64,000 nt of DNA from a virus. Its lineage: Duplodnaviria > Caudoviricetes. The notes beneath the pieces were generated by a model. It ran no database searches, was not told where the DNA came from, and saw only the letters and a program-made list of their open reading frames with translations. The DNA lies in IMG/VR virus record IMGVR_UViG_3300037400_005963, positions 92,521-156,520 of that record. One strand, 5' to 3'. Positions 46,192 through 56,719 of the stretch are shown here, in pieces (position 1 is the first letter of the stretch; each line of letters begins with the position of its first letter). The translations under genes and the position numbers were made by a program.

Positions 46192-46808
46192 TATTCTCCA
46201 GTTGCACAGAAGATCTTAATACCAAGCTGATCAAGAATCTCGTAAATTCTTGTAGTGATGCCGGGTTCGATGCTTCCTTTTATTCTCTTAACCTGTTCGA
46301 GCCTGTCAATGTATTCCTTCAATGGATTCTTAACATTTCCAATAGTCTCAGGATCAAAGAAATCCACCTGTTCGACTACCTTTTTCAGTACTTCTACTAT
46401 ATCCATTCCATCCGCGGGTATAATCTTTGTGGTAGTAGGATAGTCGTACTGCAAGAAAGTGGTATCAATAATATTCCACTCAACGGTCTCAACTGGAACT
46501 GATGTAGGATTCTCCTCATCATCTGTTACATTCTGAATCTGTACCAGATAACCAGCGCGAGCGAGATAGTAATTAATACTAACAAAATCTTTAATCTTCA
46601 TAGTATAGTTACTATTCAGGAAATTAATAATGTCAGCATTCTTCAGAGCAAGTTCAATATCTGAAATATGATTTTTCAAAAAACCTTTCACAAATTCCAG
46701 TACGCCTACACCAAGGGCCTCTTTATCAAATCTTACTCGATCTACGCAACGACCAACTGTTGCATTGGTGTTTCCTGTTGTAATTGAATATAAATTTACT
46801 TCGATCAT
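46191..46808 (-). CDS. Hypothetical protein
   Basis: 205 aa. Confidence 0.7.
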   Translation of the reverse strand: MIEVNLYSITTGNTNATVGRCVDRVRFDKEALGVGVLEFVKGFLKNHISDIELALKNADIINFLNSNYTMKIKDFVSINYYLARAGYLVQIQNVTDDEENPTSVPVETVEWNIIDTTFLQYDYPTTTKIIPADGMDIVEVLKKVVEQVDFFDPETIGNVKNPLKEYIDRLEQVKRIKGSIEPGITTRIYEILDQLGIKIFCATGE

Positions 46809-46823
46809 TTTATTGATTTTATT

Positions 46824-47210
46824 TTAATATATTTTATTTTTATTAGTTGGGTCAGTTATAGCTAAAATAACGGCCCACATTTTGTTTTCTGGCTCTCCTA
46901 ATTCGAAAAGCCGTCTCTCTGATAACGAAAAATCTCCCGCTTCTAAGAGATCATTATATAATTCCATTAGATCTAGTTCTTTTCCTTGATTCCACTCTAT
47001 TATTCTATCCATCATATAGGACAAAAACTCATGAGCTTGAATCTGTCTAAGATCTAATAGGTCAAATTCTTCAAGTTCGTAAGCTAATTTCCACAAATCA
47101 AAGATATCCGATACTCTAGCATTCTGACCATAAGCTTTATTTAGTCGCTCATAGGTAAATCTAGTTGATAAGGGATAATCTTTAGAGTTTTTTGTCTTGA
47201 AGTATTGCAT
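46824..47210 (-). CDS. Hypothetical protein
   Basis: Likely start MQYFKTK within the 46824-47231 ORF. Confidence 0.6.
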   Translation of the reverse strand: MQYFKTKNSKDYPLSTRFTYERLNKAYGQNARVSDIFDLWKLAYELEEFDLLDLRQIQAHEFLSYMMDRIIEWNQGKELDLMELYNDLLEAGDFSLSERRLFELGEPENKMWAVILAITDPTNKNKIY

Positions 47211-48666
47211 AGTAACTTGATTCCCAAACAAGATCTAAATTTCTATATTGAAGTGCTGTTTTAAGAAATCCCTTTAGATACTCATAGTATCTAGTCTTAT
47301 TTTGACTTTTTACTAAGAGAAGGAGATCTGGTATCGATATGTTAGTGTTTTCCCATCTAAACCTATCAATAACAAGTAATTTATTTAAATCCATGTCCTC
47401 TAATTTTGACAATGTTTTTAAATAACTTACCATCCTATTTCTTCTCTCCGAACATATAGGATTTCCACATTTTAGTAGACTTCCGTAAATATCAGAAGGT
47501 CCCAATTTATATCCACATTTACAGGTGGGCCACATATAATCGCCATTCCCGGGATTAAATACCTCACCTACCATTGGGATAGTAGAATTAGCTAGTACAA
47601 TTCCGATTTCAGCACCAGGAGATATATTTCCCTTTATTAATTTTGATATACTACCTGCGCTTGGTTTTCTAACTGTACAACCTTTGATATTAACTGGATC
47701 TACTAAAACATTCGCAGACCAAGAATCTTTTCCTTTAACGGTTTGATCATTCCATTGGATTCCGCGAACTATTGTCTTTATCGCTTCTGTTCCACTACCA
47801 GCACCCGCATATTTTAAAGCTCTTTGGCAAATTCCATTCTTGTTATACAGCACCCAACCATCATTCAAGAATCGACCGTCCTTAGTTGTAGTTTGATCAG
47901 ATTCACAAAACTCTGGCTTAAGTTCAGATAATTTCCAAACTTGTGCTGCCGAAAACATCACGTGTCCATCCAGAGATGAACGGACTGTGCCGAAAAGATT
48001 TAAAACATCTCTATAATCAGAATTTCTAATTGAAATTCCTTCTGGTGAATCATCTGTATAGTATCGATAAGCTCTAAGAGTTAATAGACTATTCACTTCA
48101 GAATCACAATACTTCGAATTAATTAGACCGTTAGCTTTTTGTCTAGCCCTTTGGGGATCAGATTCACTTAGGCGGCTAGTATCAATTAGAGCTTCACATT
48201 GGATAGCTACTATTCCCCTCGGAAAATGCCTGGGCAGGAAATGTATTAATTTCCATGTCTGATCTACCCCATAATTATCGAGATTCAAATTCCCGACAGT
48301 TACTACTCTTTTGGGCACTCCCGTAGATGGATCTAGATATACTGCTATACTTGACCCATCATATTTTAATGTATAATACAAACTAGTTCCAAGTTCTTTT
48401 TCGGATTCTATGAAAGCATCATACATAGTACCGGATACCTTAAATTTCTTGATTTTCTCAATGTAAGAATTTTTCGTTTTCGTCCCCTTTAAGTAAGTTT
48501 GGAATACGTAGTCTCTTACAAAGAATCCATCTTCTTGAACAGCCCTGGCTTCTAGGATATCATAATCTGCATCACTAACACCAGTTGGTTCAGATTTAAT
48601 CCAGTATTTAACTGCTATATCTATTAATCCTTTCCATTTTTCTAAAACTTGATCTTGAATTTCCAT
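47182..48666 (-). CDS. ligA: NAD-dependent DNA ligase (compact, no BRCT)
   Basis: Domain Ia YW..SDADYD, motif I KYDG, NDGWV, ALKY, Zn finger CKCG..CGNPIC. Confidence 0.85.
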   Translation of the reverse strand: MEIQDQVLEKWKGLIDIAVKYWIKSEPTGVSDADYDILEARAVQEDGFFVRDYVFQTYLKGTKTKNSYIEKIKKFKVSGTMYDAFIESEKELGTSLYYTLKYDGSSIAVYLDPSTGVPKRVVTVGNLNLDNYGVDQTWKLIHFLPRHFPRGIVAIQCEALIDTSRLSESDPQRARQKANGLINSKYCDSEVNSLLTLRAYRYYTDDSPEGISIRNSDYRDVLNLFGTVRSSLDGHVMFSAAQVWKLSELKPEFCESDQTTTKDGRFLNDGWVLYNKNGICQRALKYAGAGSGTEAIKTIVRGIQWNDQTVKGKDSWSANVLVDPVNIKGCTVRKPSAGSISKLIKGNISPGAEIGIVLANSTIPMVGEVFNPGNGDYMWPTCKCGYKLGPSDIYGSLLKCGNPICSERRNRMVSYLKTLSKLEDMDLNKLLVIDRFRWENTNISIPDLLLLVKSQNKTRYYEYLKGFLKTALQYRNLDLVWESSYYAILQDKKL

Positions 48667-48681
48667 TATTTATATCTCTAT

Positions 48682-49023
48682 TTAGTTTTCTGCTATTCGT
48701 AACAACCAGTCCAATAATATATTCTGGACTTCGTCAGAGAAGACTTCTAATAGATTTTCTTTCTCAGGCACACAATCACTCTCATCCTTCGTGGCTACGT
48801 AATGAAGAATACTTTCTTCCTCACTCCATCTAGGCATTACTGTATATCCCCTATTTTCAAGGAACTCAATAATCCTTCCCTTTTTCCAGGTTACCATACC
48901 AAAAGGCTTAGATAGTGTCCCAAGAAGAGTAACTGCATTTTTTGCTAATGGACAATCATTATCTGGCAAAATATCTTTATTAAATATTTCGTCATCTTTA
49001 TTAATTAAATTATCATCCTTCAT
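48682..49023 (-). CDS. Hypothetical protein
   Basis: 113 aa. Confidence 0.6.
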   Translation of the reverse strand: MKDDNLINKDDEIFNKDILPDNDCPLAKNAVTLLGTLSKPFGMVTWKKGRIIEFLENRGYTVMPRWSEEESILHYVATKDESDCVPEKENLLEVFSDEVQNILLDWLLRIAEN

Positions 49024-49130
49024 TTATTCTTCTCTTATTAATTAGAGTTTTAAGCGTATGAAAATGAACTTTATTTAATATGAAATTAGGGGCTAGACCC
49101 TATAAAAAGCCCAGCCCCCAGTTAACCTAA

Positions 49131-50753
49131 TTATACATCATTGTTTTTTGTTTCTTCTTCATCATCAATAATAGTACAATCAATCAAAAGTATCATTGAG
49201 GCAGTTGAAATACTATTTTCCAAAGAAACGCGAAGAACTTTAGAACTGTCTAGTACACCACTTTCTACTAGATTCTCAAATTTCTTAGTTTTTGCATTAA
49301 ACCCTATTCCGGGCTTAGAAGATCTTACTTTATTCATTATTACGTCACTACTTTCTCCGCAATTATCGATTATAGTCTTCATTACGACTGGAAGTGACTT
49401 AACAACGATTTCAGCGCCTTCTCTTTCATCTCCATCTAGAGTTTTCCAGAATGCTTTATCCTTCTTGATTGCTTCAACGGCTCGGAAATATATATAACCT
49501 CCGCCAGGTACACAACCTTCAGCAATAGCACTCTTAGATGCTAAGATAGAATCTTCGATAGTCGCTTTTCGATTCAGTTTTTCAGCTTCACTAGCTCCGC
49601 CAGCCTTGATGATAGCTATACCACCAACCAGGTTAGCAACTCTTTTTTCAAACTTAGTCTTATCATACTCAGTGGTAGCTGGATCATTAAGACGAGACTC
49701 CAGAATTTTTGCACGTTCCTGAATCATCTCTTTATCACCAAGCCCTTCATAGATAATACAGCTATCACGATTTACTATAACACGTCCAGCTTGACCAAGA
49801 TCGTTGACTGTTGCCTGAGCTAATTGAATTCCGTTCTCTGGACAAATATGATTAGCACCAACAGCTACTGCGATGTCCTCCATAATGTTCTTTCTTGCAT
49901 CACCATAATCAATACCCTTTACTACACAGCACTTTAATGCACCGTGAAGAGTATTCATAATCAACATAACATTAATAGATTCATCAATATCATCACAAAT
50001 AATTAAAAGAGGTCTACCATTTCCATTTTTTTGATAATCCTCGAAGAAATTAATGATTTGTGGAATAGTGCTAAGCGTTTCTCCAACTACAAGGATATAT
50101 GGATTCTCAAGAATACAAGTACCGTCCTCAGGATTAGTAACATACTGTGGACTAGCCCAACCGCGGTCAAGCTTCATACCATCTGTTACATCTACTACTG
50201 TGTCCAAACCGCTAGCCATGTCTGCAGTAATGAGACCGTTTATTCCAACTTTCTCTAAACCACGTACAACAAGTTCGCCAACCTCTGGATCATTATTAGC
50301 AGATATAGTAGCTACTTTTCTGATCTTTTCAAGGTCGCCATTTACTTCAATAGAGTTTTTCTTAATATACTCGGTAAGCCATTTCTGAGTTTTTATCATA
50401 CCTGACTTGACCTCATTAACATTAGCTCCAGTAGCAATAGCTTTTTGACCTTTAAGACAGAGTTCCTTAATTAGGATTGATGTACTACTTGTTCCATCAC
50501 CTGCTTGAGTTTCAGTCAATTCTGCAGCTTTCTTAACTAGTTCTGCGCCCATGTTCATTTCGCGATCTTTGAATTTCACGATTTTAGCAACAGAGGCACC
50601 ATCTCTAGTAATATCAACACCCATACCAGTATCTAAGGCTACACCTTTCCCGGCTGGGCCAATTGTTATTTTAACTGCATCGACTGTTTTTACTACACCT
50701 TCAATAATCTTACTTTGAGTTAACTCTCCAATTTTAATAATTTTTCCTTCCAT
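49131..50753 (-). CDS. groEL: Chaperonin GroEL
   Basis: AVKITIGPAG, ITRDGASVA, AGDGTSS, VATISANND, GCVPGGG. Confidence 0.95.
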   Translation of the reverse strand: MEGKIIKIGELTQSKIIEGVVKTVDAVKITIGPAGKGVALDTGMGVDITRDGASVAKIVKFKDREMNMGAELVKKAAELTETQAGDGTSSTSILIKELCLKGQKAIATGANVNEVKSGMIKTQKWLTEYIKKNSIEVNGDLEKIRKVATISANNDPEVGELVVRGLEKVGINGLITADMASGLDTVVDVTDGMKLDRGWASPQYVTNPEDGTCILENPYILVVGETLSTIPQIINFFEDYQKNGNGRPLLIICDDIDESINVMLIMNTLHGALKCCVVKGIDYGDARKNIMEDIAVAVGANHICPENGIQLAQATVNDLGQAGRVIVNRDSCIIYEGLGDKEMIQERAKILESRLNDPATTEYDKTKFEKRVANLVGGIAIIKAGGASEAEKLNRKATIEDSILASKSAIAEGCVPGGGYIYFRAVEAIKKDKAFWKTLDGDEREGAEIVVKSLPVVMKTIIDNCGESSDVIMNKVRSSKPGIGFNAKTKKFENLVESGVLDSSKVLRVSLENSISTASMILLIDCTIIDDEEETKNNDV

Positions 50754-50765
50754 CTAAACTTAAAT

Positions 50766-51023
50766 TTAAAGCACTACAAGAATATCTGATATTGAAATGA
50801 CCCTATACTCATTACCCTCCTGTTTAAATTTATGGCCAGGATCGTAATAAGTTAAAACCTTATCTCCCTCTTTCAAGGAAGTTACTTTCTCTCCCACTGA
50901 TATTACTTCAAATAACATCTTATCTTTGGTTGATCCAACAGGTACAATAAGGTCTCCAATCTTTTCTTGGAGTTCTTCCTGTTTAATTTCTTTTACTAAA
51001 ATTTTAGAATCGATTGCTTTCAT
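50766..51023 (-). CDS. groES: Co-chaperonin GroES
   Basis: KAIDSKILVK, EVISVG, LKEGDKV, SDILVV; adjacent to groEL. Confidence 0.88.
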   Translation of the reverse strand: MKAIDSKILVKEIKQEELQEKIGDLIVPVGSTKDKMLFEVISVGEKVTSLKEGDKVLTYYDPGHKFKQEGNEYRVISISDILVVL

Positions 51024-51094
51024 TTTATTTAAATACGCTTTAGTTAAAAATTTATCATATATAAGATAAAAAACCCAGTTTTATAGGAATTTTA

Positions 51095-51598
51095 TCAATT
51101 AAGGGAGGTATTTTTTGAAGAAAAACAGGAAACTTCAAATAATTTCTCAAAGAAATCGATAAAGTTAGTAGTTTTCTTTAAAATGTTCCACTTAGTTCTA
51201 ATCATCCAAGTGATTTCCTCCTTTAGGTTCTCAGAATCAAAAAAGTATCCCTGTAAAAAACCAGTAAGTATTTGTTCCTTAGTAGTTAAACACCTTTCCT
51301 CTAATGGCTTTCTCTCTGCTGGGCCACATCTTAAGATAAATACCTCCTCTAAAACTTTTACAAGCTCATTAACTTCGAGATTGTCTGGCAACTTATCTAG
51401 GTAATCTTCCCAATCTTTATATGAATCATTTTCAAAGGGATTCATTTTTATTAAATCACAGAGACTTTTTCTGTTTTCTTCAGTATCATCAAAATTCAGA
51501 GTAATCTCTACTTCTGAACCTGAGTTAAATTTCTCAATTACTTCATTTACATTAGTTCCGGTATCTAAAGTAAGTATTAATTTTCTTGTTCTAGACAT
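51095..51598 (-). CDS. Hypothetical protein
   Basis: 167 aa. Confidence 0.65.
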   Translation of the reverse strand: MSRTRKLILTLDTGTNVNEVIEKFNSGSEVEITLNFDDTEENRKSLCDLIKMNPFENDSYKDWEDYLDKLPDNLEVNELVKVLEEVFILRCGPAERKPLEERCLTTKEQILTGFLQGYFFDSENLKEEITWMIRTKWNILKKTTNFIDFFEKLFEVSCFSSKNTSLN

Positions 51599-52788
51599 TG
51601 TATATTAAACTTTAAATTTGATTTTCCTTCCATCACTATTACTTTTCTTTCATCGGGGGGATCTAAATTAAATACCCCAGGAAATTTACTATATTCGCAT
51701 CCAAGATAGTGACAATGCCCGTGGATAGACCAGTATCCATTTTTATAATATCTCTTGGAGAAAAATTCATCAGTTTTATCTGTATATTTATTAGTATTGA
51801 TCAGACAACCTAAGTATTTTGGGTTAATTTGATCAATCCATTTTAATCCACAATGACTACAAACGAATTTATTGCCGGCTCTTTCATAAACTAGGAATTC
51901 ATTTAATTTTTCATTAAGTTTGTCTATCCATTGCCATGCTTCTGCCGCACTTATGTCATCGAATTGTAGTGCTGTCTGATCTAGGAAATCTTGTGGTATT
52001 TCAGATAAAAGAGTTTCACTAACTATTCTTTTGTTTCCACGAAGCGCTTTCCAGCCTAAGTATTTTCGTAGCCTAAGTTCGTGATTTCCCTCTAGGAATA
52101 TAATATTGTCACTAGTTTCATTCATTACGTATTCCATTATCTTTCTACTACCGTCGGATTCTACTCCATCTATATAATCCCCAAGGAAAATATTTAGATA
52201 GTTTCTTTTGATCATTGGAAAAATATCCTTCTGAAGAATATTCCAATGAGAATGAAGATCGGATACGTGAAGAATACTGCTTTTGTTTTTTACCCTAAAC
52301 ACTGGTGTATTTTTATCCCAATATTTCTCAATATCGGAAAAAGATTCTATACATTGTTTCTCGGTGTAATCTTGTTTCTTAAAGGTTTCTACTTGTTCGA
52401 TAAGTTGGTCCCTAGATCTGGGAATATATCTTGGATCTTGATACTTTTTCAAATCACTTAGATAATCGGGAGGAATTGGGAATACTTTAAAAAATACTTG
52501 ATATCCCAAAACCCTGGCCAATTGTTCAATAGCTACCGTTGAATCTAATCCCCAATCTAAGACCACTAAAGAACCATTCATTCTACTAACAAGAACTTCA
52601 ATTGTCCTCCGATAGATAAGATCATCCAAAGATCGGACTAAGAAATCTCGACCACCTTTATATTCGGGTTTGTAATATAATCTCTTAAATGCTTCTATAT
52701 CAACCAAAAAATTTAATAATCTTTCTCGTTTCAACCAAGAATCTTTTTCAAACTTAGATAGACCGCGAAGGATTATTAAAGATTTCAT
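51577..52788 (-). CDS. PNKP-like protein: degenerate P-loop kinase domain plus metallophosphoesterase
   Basis: IILRGLSKFEK (eroded Walker A); SDLHS, LGDYID, EGNHE, SHCG, IHGH. Confidence 0.75.
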   Translation of the reverse strand: MKSLIILRGLSKFEKDSWLKRERLLNFLVDIEAFKRLYYKPEYKGGRDFLVRSLDDLIYRRTIEVLVSRMNGSLVVLDWGLDSTVAIEQLARVLGYQVFFKVFPIPPDYLSDLKKYQDPRYIPRSRDQLIEQVETFKKQDYTEKQCIESFSDIEKYWDKNTPVFRVKNKSSILHVSDLHSHWNILQKDIFPMIKRNYLNIFLGDYIDGVESDGSRKIMEYVMNETSDNIIFLEGNHELRLRKYLGWKALRGNKRIVSETLLSEIPQDFLDQTALQFDDISAAEAWQWIDKLNEKLNEFLVYERAGNKFVCSHCGLKWIDQINPKYLGCLINTNKYTDKTDEFFSKRYYKNGYWSIHGHCHYLGCEYSKFPGVFNLDPPDERKVIVMEGKSNLKFNIQCLEQEN

Positions 52789-53372
52789 TCAGGTAAATTA
52801 AATTGCTGTACCTGTTGGAAAGCGGGAAGTGTAAATAAACCCTGAAGCATTAACAAAACACTTACCATCTTTCCTGGGTAAAGGGGGATTTGATATCTCT
52901 CACACATCAATTTTACCATTGGATATGCATAATATTCGGCAGGACAACGACAAATCATCTTCTGAGATTGTGCATAATTTCCAAATAATAATAGTGGTGC
53001 TGGAGCCTGACTCTTTTTTAAGAAATTAAAAATAATGCCATCAGCTTGATCACAGAAATCAAAATTACTGGTAGTTTTTGCAGTAAATTCTGGATTATCG
53101 ACTGACATTTCTGGATTCTGGAGTGGATTTGCTGGTTTTCCACATAGAATCGCATAATTTAAATTCTTAAACATTACCAATCCCGTTTTAGAGTTCATTG
53201 ATCTATCTGCATAGTAAGCAACTCCCTCTATAAATTTTTGCTCCCAAGCATAAGCTCCACTTGGGTCATATGAGGAAGAACCAACTAAGGCTATTTTGAC
53301 CGACCCCGTGGCTTCCTCACCAACTACGTCTCCTGGGTAGTAGACGATAACATTCTCACTTATTTGTTCCAT
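52785..53372 (-). CDS. Nucleoside 2-deoxyribosyltransferase-like protein (divergent)
   Basis: ALVGS, W..KF, ADGIIFNF, P..LLLFG, KMICRCP, V..MCERYQIP. Confidence 0.6.
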   Translation of the reverse strand: MEQISENVIVYYPGDVVGEEATGSVKIALVGSSSYDPSGAYAWEQKFIEGVAYYADRSMNSKTGLVMFKNLNYAILCGKPANPLQNPEMSVDNPEFTAKTTSNFDFCDQADGIIFNFLKKSQAPAPLLLFGNYAQSQKMICRCPAEYYAYPMVKLMCERYQIPLYPGKMVSVLLMLQGLFTLPAFQQVQQFNLPE

Positions 53373-53457
53373 TATTATTAATACTACGATTAAGAAAAAG
53401 AAAAGATAGGTAATCTTCTTACATATCCTTTCTATGTATTCAATTAATATGATAAAT

Positions 53458-54081
53458 TTAAAACCACTCTGTATATTTTAACTTTGGCTTATATATCTCA
53501 CGCCACTCATCAAACTTACCTAACATGAGCATAGATACTACATCACTATATTCAGACTTATTAGTCTCATAATTAATCAAATACTGATTAAATGCTACTT
53601 TATAATAGTCCTCAGGTGATTTCTCACTCTTTGAAAAATCCAAATAGTCTGAATAATTTTCAATCAAAAGTAAGTTTCGTTTATTTTCCATGGCGGTTAA
53701 AACATCCATTTTTAGATCTTCCTCCGGATATCCAAACAAAGGAAGGAACTCTCTCGTTTGATTCATATGCCTATTTGCCATCCAAAAGAATTTGCTAATG
53801 AGAGTCATAACTGTTTCAGTCAGGCTCTTAGTCGACTCCTTCTCGATACCTATTCTTTGAATTCCCTCTTGCATATCGTTAGTTGAAGAAAAATCTAAAA
53901 CAGGTATAGGGAGACTAATTATGACAGTCGATCCGTCTCTACCAATTTGCATACCTTTTGGCAGATTTGGATAAGTTTTCGCATATCCTGTGAAGTTGGC
54001 ATAATACTCATTAAAGACGTTGCTCTCTACGTGGAGCTCTAACCTCTTCTTTTCTAAATTAATAGAATGTATAATTTTCAT
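53458..54081 (-). CDS. Hypothetical protein
   Basis: 207 aa; promoter motif at ~54110. Confidence 0.65.
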   Translation of the reverse strand: MKIIHSINLEKKRLELHVESNVFNEYYANFTGYAKTYPNLPKGMQIGRDGSTVIISLPIPVLDFSSTNDMQEGIQRIGIEKESTKSLTETVMTLISKFFWMANRHMNQTREFLPLFGYPEEDLKMDVLTAMENKRNLLLIENYSDYLDFSKSEKSPEDYYKVAFNQYLINYETNKSEYSDVVSMLMLGKFDEWREIYKPKLKYTEWF

Positions 54082-54129
54082 ATTTATTCTAAATTATTTA
54101 TTTCACAGGTATAAGGTTTTATGTCCCTT

Positions 54130-54699
54130 TTAAATCTTGTTTCTTAATTTGTCGTAAAGATCTGTAGTGAAGATGAAGGGTTGGGGATTTTTAATGGGCG
54201 TTTTTTTTCTCATCAATTCCGTCAACTCTTTAAATTTACTTTTCTGAACTGCCTCCTTATGTAGATCCTTAATTCTGAAAACTTCTATCCCTAACTGTCC
54301 CAAATACCTATCTCTTACGGCATCTTTATCCTCACAGTGAAGATCGGAATCCAACTCCACCGATAATTTCAACTCGGGAAAATAATAATCTAGTAACCAG
54401 AATAAACCACTCTTCATTTCTGGTAAACGTTTACTATTTTCTATGATCACTGGAAATTCTCGATAAATGATTAATGGGTCAAAATAACCAACATTAATTA
54501 GTGCATCAAATATCTTGGATTGCTGTGATCTAAACCTCAGTTGTTTTCTTCTAGTGAATCGTTTACAGGATACAGCACTAGGGTAAACTATTGCCTTGAA
54601 ATTAACTATTTTTCCACTCTTCCCAACTGCATAAACTGGATATTTTTGTCCAGGAATGTCAGGAAAAATAAACTCTTTATAATAATCTTCTTTTTTCAT
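54130..54699 (-). CDS. DUF559/Vsr-like (EDxHD) endonuclease domain protein
   Basis: REFP, LDYYFPELKLSVELDSDLH, DAVRDRYL, GIEVFRI. Confidence 0.8.
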   Translation of the reverse strand: MKKEDYYKEFIFPDIPGQKYPVYAVGKSGKIVNFKAIVYPSAVSCKRFTRRKQLRFRSQQSKIFDALINVGYFDPLIIYREFPVIIENSKRLPEMKSGLFWLLDYYFPELKLSVELDSDLHCEDKDAVRDRYLGQLGIEVFRIKDLHKEAVQKSKFKELTELMRKKTPIKNPQPFIFTTDLYDKLRNKI

Positions 54700-54750
54700 A
54701 TACTTAATAAATAAAAGATGACCAATGTTAGTTTGATCATCTTTTTGTTT

Positions 54751-55311
54751 TTATTTTTTTATTACTTTTCCCCAAGTTAGATAATATTCTCCTTCAATAT
54801 CCTTTAAGAGATCGTCTAATACATGAAGTTGCATTAAACAGTTTGGACATAGAGTTATATCAGTATTCGTGCTTTGATATGCTCTAAATTCCTGTCCAAT
54901 TCCTGGTATTAAACTACCCATGACGGATTTTCCACATAAAGAACATTCATAAGTCTTATTATCTTCGGGAATATATAAATCATTCTTATCACACTTAATG
55001 AAAGAGTGAAGAAGATGCTTAATGAATCCTCGATACTGTCTTGTTCTATAAGCATTCATGAAAAGCGGAACATCTATTTCACTCGGTTCCATCGTTCCCT
55101 TCAATCCATCTGGAGAACTTGAACGTTTCTTTTGAACCAATTCAACTAATTCCCCATCAAGAAGATTTTGAGGACAGAGATATGCAAAGATCGTATTCTT
55201 TTCCCCTGGTGAAAGTTGATTCCCTAAATCAAGTAATCTATTAAAAACTTCATCCTCAGATTTTCCCTGTAGGTTTCTAATAAAACCTTTAATAAATTCT
55301 TTTCTTATCAT
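54751..55311 (-). CDS. Zinc-finger hypothetical protein
   Basis: CSLCG...LCPNC. Confidence 0.65.
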   Translation of the reverse strand: MIRKEFIKGFIRNLQGKSEDEVFNRLLDLGNQLSPGEKNTIFAYLCPQNLLDGELVELVQKKRSSSPDGLKGTMEPSEIDVPLFMNAYRTRQYRGFIKHLLHSFIKCDKNDLYIPEDNKTYECSLCGKSVMGSLIPGIGQEFRAYQSTNTDITLCPNCLMQLHVLDDLLKDIEGEYYLTWGKVIKK

Positions 55312-56630
55312 ACTATCCCTTCGTTTGGAAATAATTCTTTAAACTTATCTTTAACTTCGGTGCCGGTAACATGTTTTCCAATTATCTCGTGATTATTGTA
55401 TTTATCACAAAGATCGTCAAGTTTTTGTTGAGTATTCCAATGAACGTTACACATTTCCGCAGAACTCTTAATAAATTCTTCTTTCAATTCTGGTGTATCC
55501 CAAATAACATCTGGGAATAAAGATATTATCTGTCCGACCGCTGCTTTATCAAGATCGCTCATATTAAGACTAGTATTATTTGTCACATTTCGTGCAATTA
55601 ACGCCATTGCTTCATCACAGAAATTGAAAGTATCTGGAACAAGTTCAGTCTTCATTAATTCAATACCTCTAAGATATTCTGCTATCTTTATTCCTTTATC
55701 TTGAGATATTGCTAATAGATCTCCAGTAGGTTTTCCTCTAACGATTTCCTTTCCCTTTGTTCTAATAACATTTAAGATATGATAATTCGGAACTCTCACA
55801 AAACAATACAGCTCACTAGGAAGTTCGCTTGGTTGTATCAATTTAGTATAAGGTTGCCAACAACTCGATCCTCCAACTATATCATATATCTCATAAGTAT
55901 TTTTATTATACCAAGATTTTGTAATTAGTATATTTTTTCCAATTTTTCCGAGGTATATAAAATACTCCGAAGTTATTCTCCTAGAAAAGGAATACAAATT
56001 ACCAGGTACAAGATCATCATTTTTTATAAATTTTCCAGATTGCAGTTTCTCACCAATTAATACGCTGGGAGAATCTGACACATAAGAAGTGAAATTTATT
56101 CTAAATCCATTACACCTTGTACCATAATCCTTAATCATGTATTTTCCAGCTAGCCAACCATCAATTATGTTTCCTCCAGACTTAATTAATCTAAGCAGAT
56201 TAAAGCAGTTCATCAGTACTATCACGGATCGACCCTGCGAAGCTTTTTTCAGTTCTTCCGAATCTAGTTCGACTAAACAACTACAATTCAAATCAGTGTA
56301 GTATAATCTGGGTCTAAATATTTTTGAGAATCCATAATATAGGCTCTCTCCTTGAAAAAGCTTTATTCGTACCTCTTTATTCGGAATTTTAACTCCGACT
56401 ACATCATATTGAAGGGCATAATATCTCGAAGAATCTATGGGAACTAGTCCATTAACTCCTCCAACAAAGGATTTTATTTTTTCTTTAACCGACGAACTAA
56501 CAGTCAAGCCTGTAATTGTTGCAATTACTAAGTCAGTTCTTTTGTTTTCGTCGTCATCTTTTATTTTGACCTTATTTAAATCTCTCGGTAACCATAATTT
56601 TACCTCATTCTCTATTAATCTTTCACCCAT
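55308..56630 (-). CDS. Hypothetical protein
   Basis: 440 aa; promoter motif at ~56654. Confidence 0.7.
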   Translation of the reverse strand: MGERLIENEVKLWLPRDLNKVKIKDDDENKRTDLVIATITGLTVSSSVKEKIKSFVGGVNGLVPIDSSRYYALQYDVVGVKIPNKEVRIKLFQGESLYYGFSKIFRPRLYYTDLNCSCLVELDSEELKKASQGRSVIVLMNCFNLLRLIKSGGNIIDGWLAGKYMIKDYGTRCNGFRINFTSYVSDSPSVLIGEKLQSGKFIKNDDLVPGNLYSFSRRITSEYFIYLGKIGKNILITKSWYNKNTYEIYDIVGGSSCWQPYTKLIQPSELPSELYCFVRVPNYHILNVIRTKGKEIVRGKPTGDLLAISQDKGIKIAEYLRGIELMKTELVPDTFNFCDEAMALIARNVTNNTSLNMSDLDKAAVGQIISLFPDVIWDTPELKEEFIKSSAEMCNVHWNTQQKLDDLCDKYNNHEIIGKHVTGTEVKDKFKELFPNEGIV

Positions 56631-56719
56631 ATATTATTGTTAATTATAATCATATATAAGAATTTTTGGGGGAATTAAAAGAATAAAAGAAAATGATTCC
56701 AACGAGTAGAATCATTTTT

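Noticed and set aside
49141-50388. Antisense ORFs over groEL (and similar ones at 41006, 31477, 29138, 25037, 15703)
   Set aside because: Shadow ORFs opposite well-supported genes, with Ser/Ile/Phe-rich composition typical of reverse-frame artefacts
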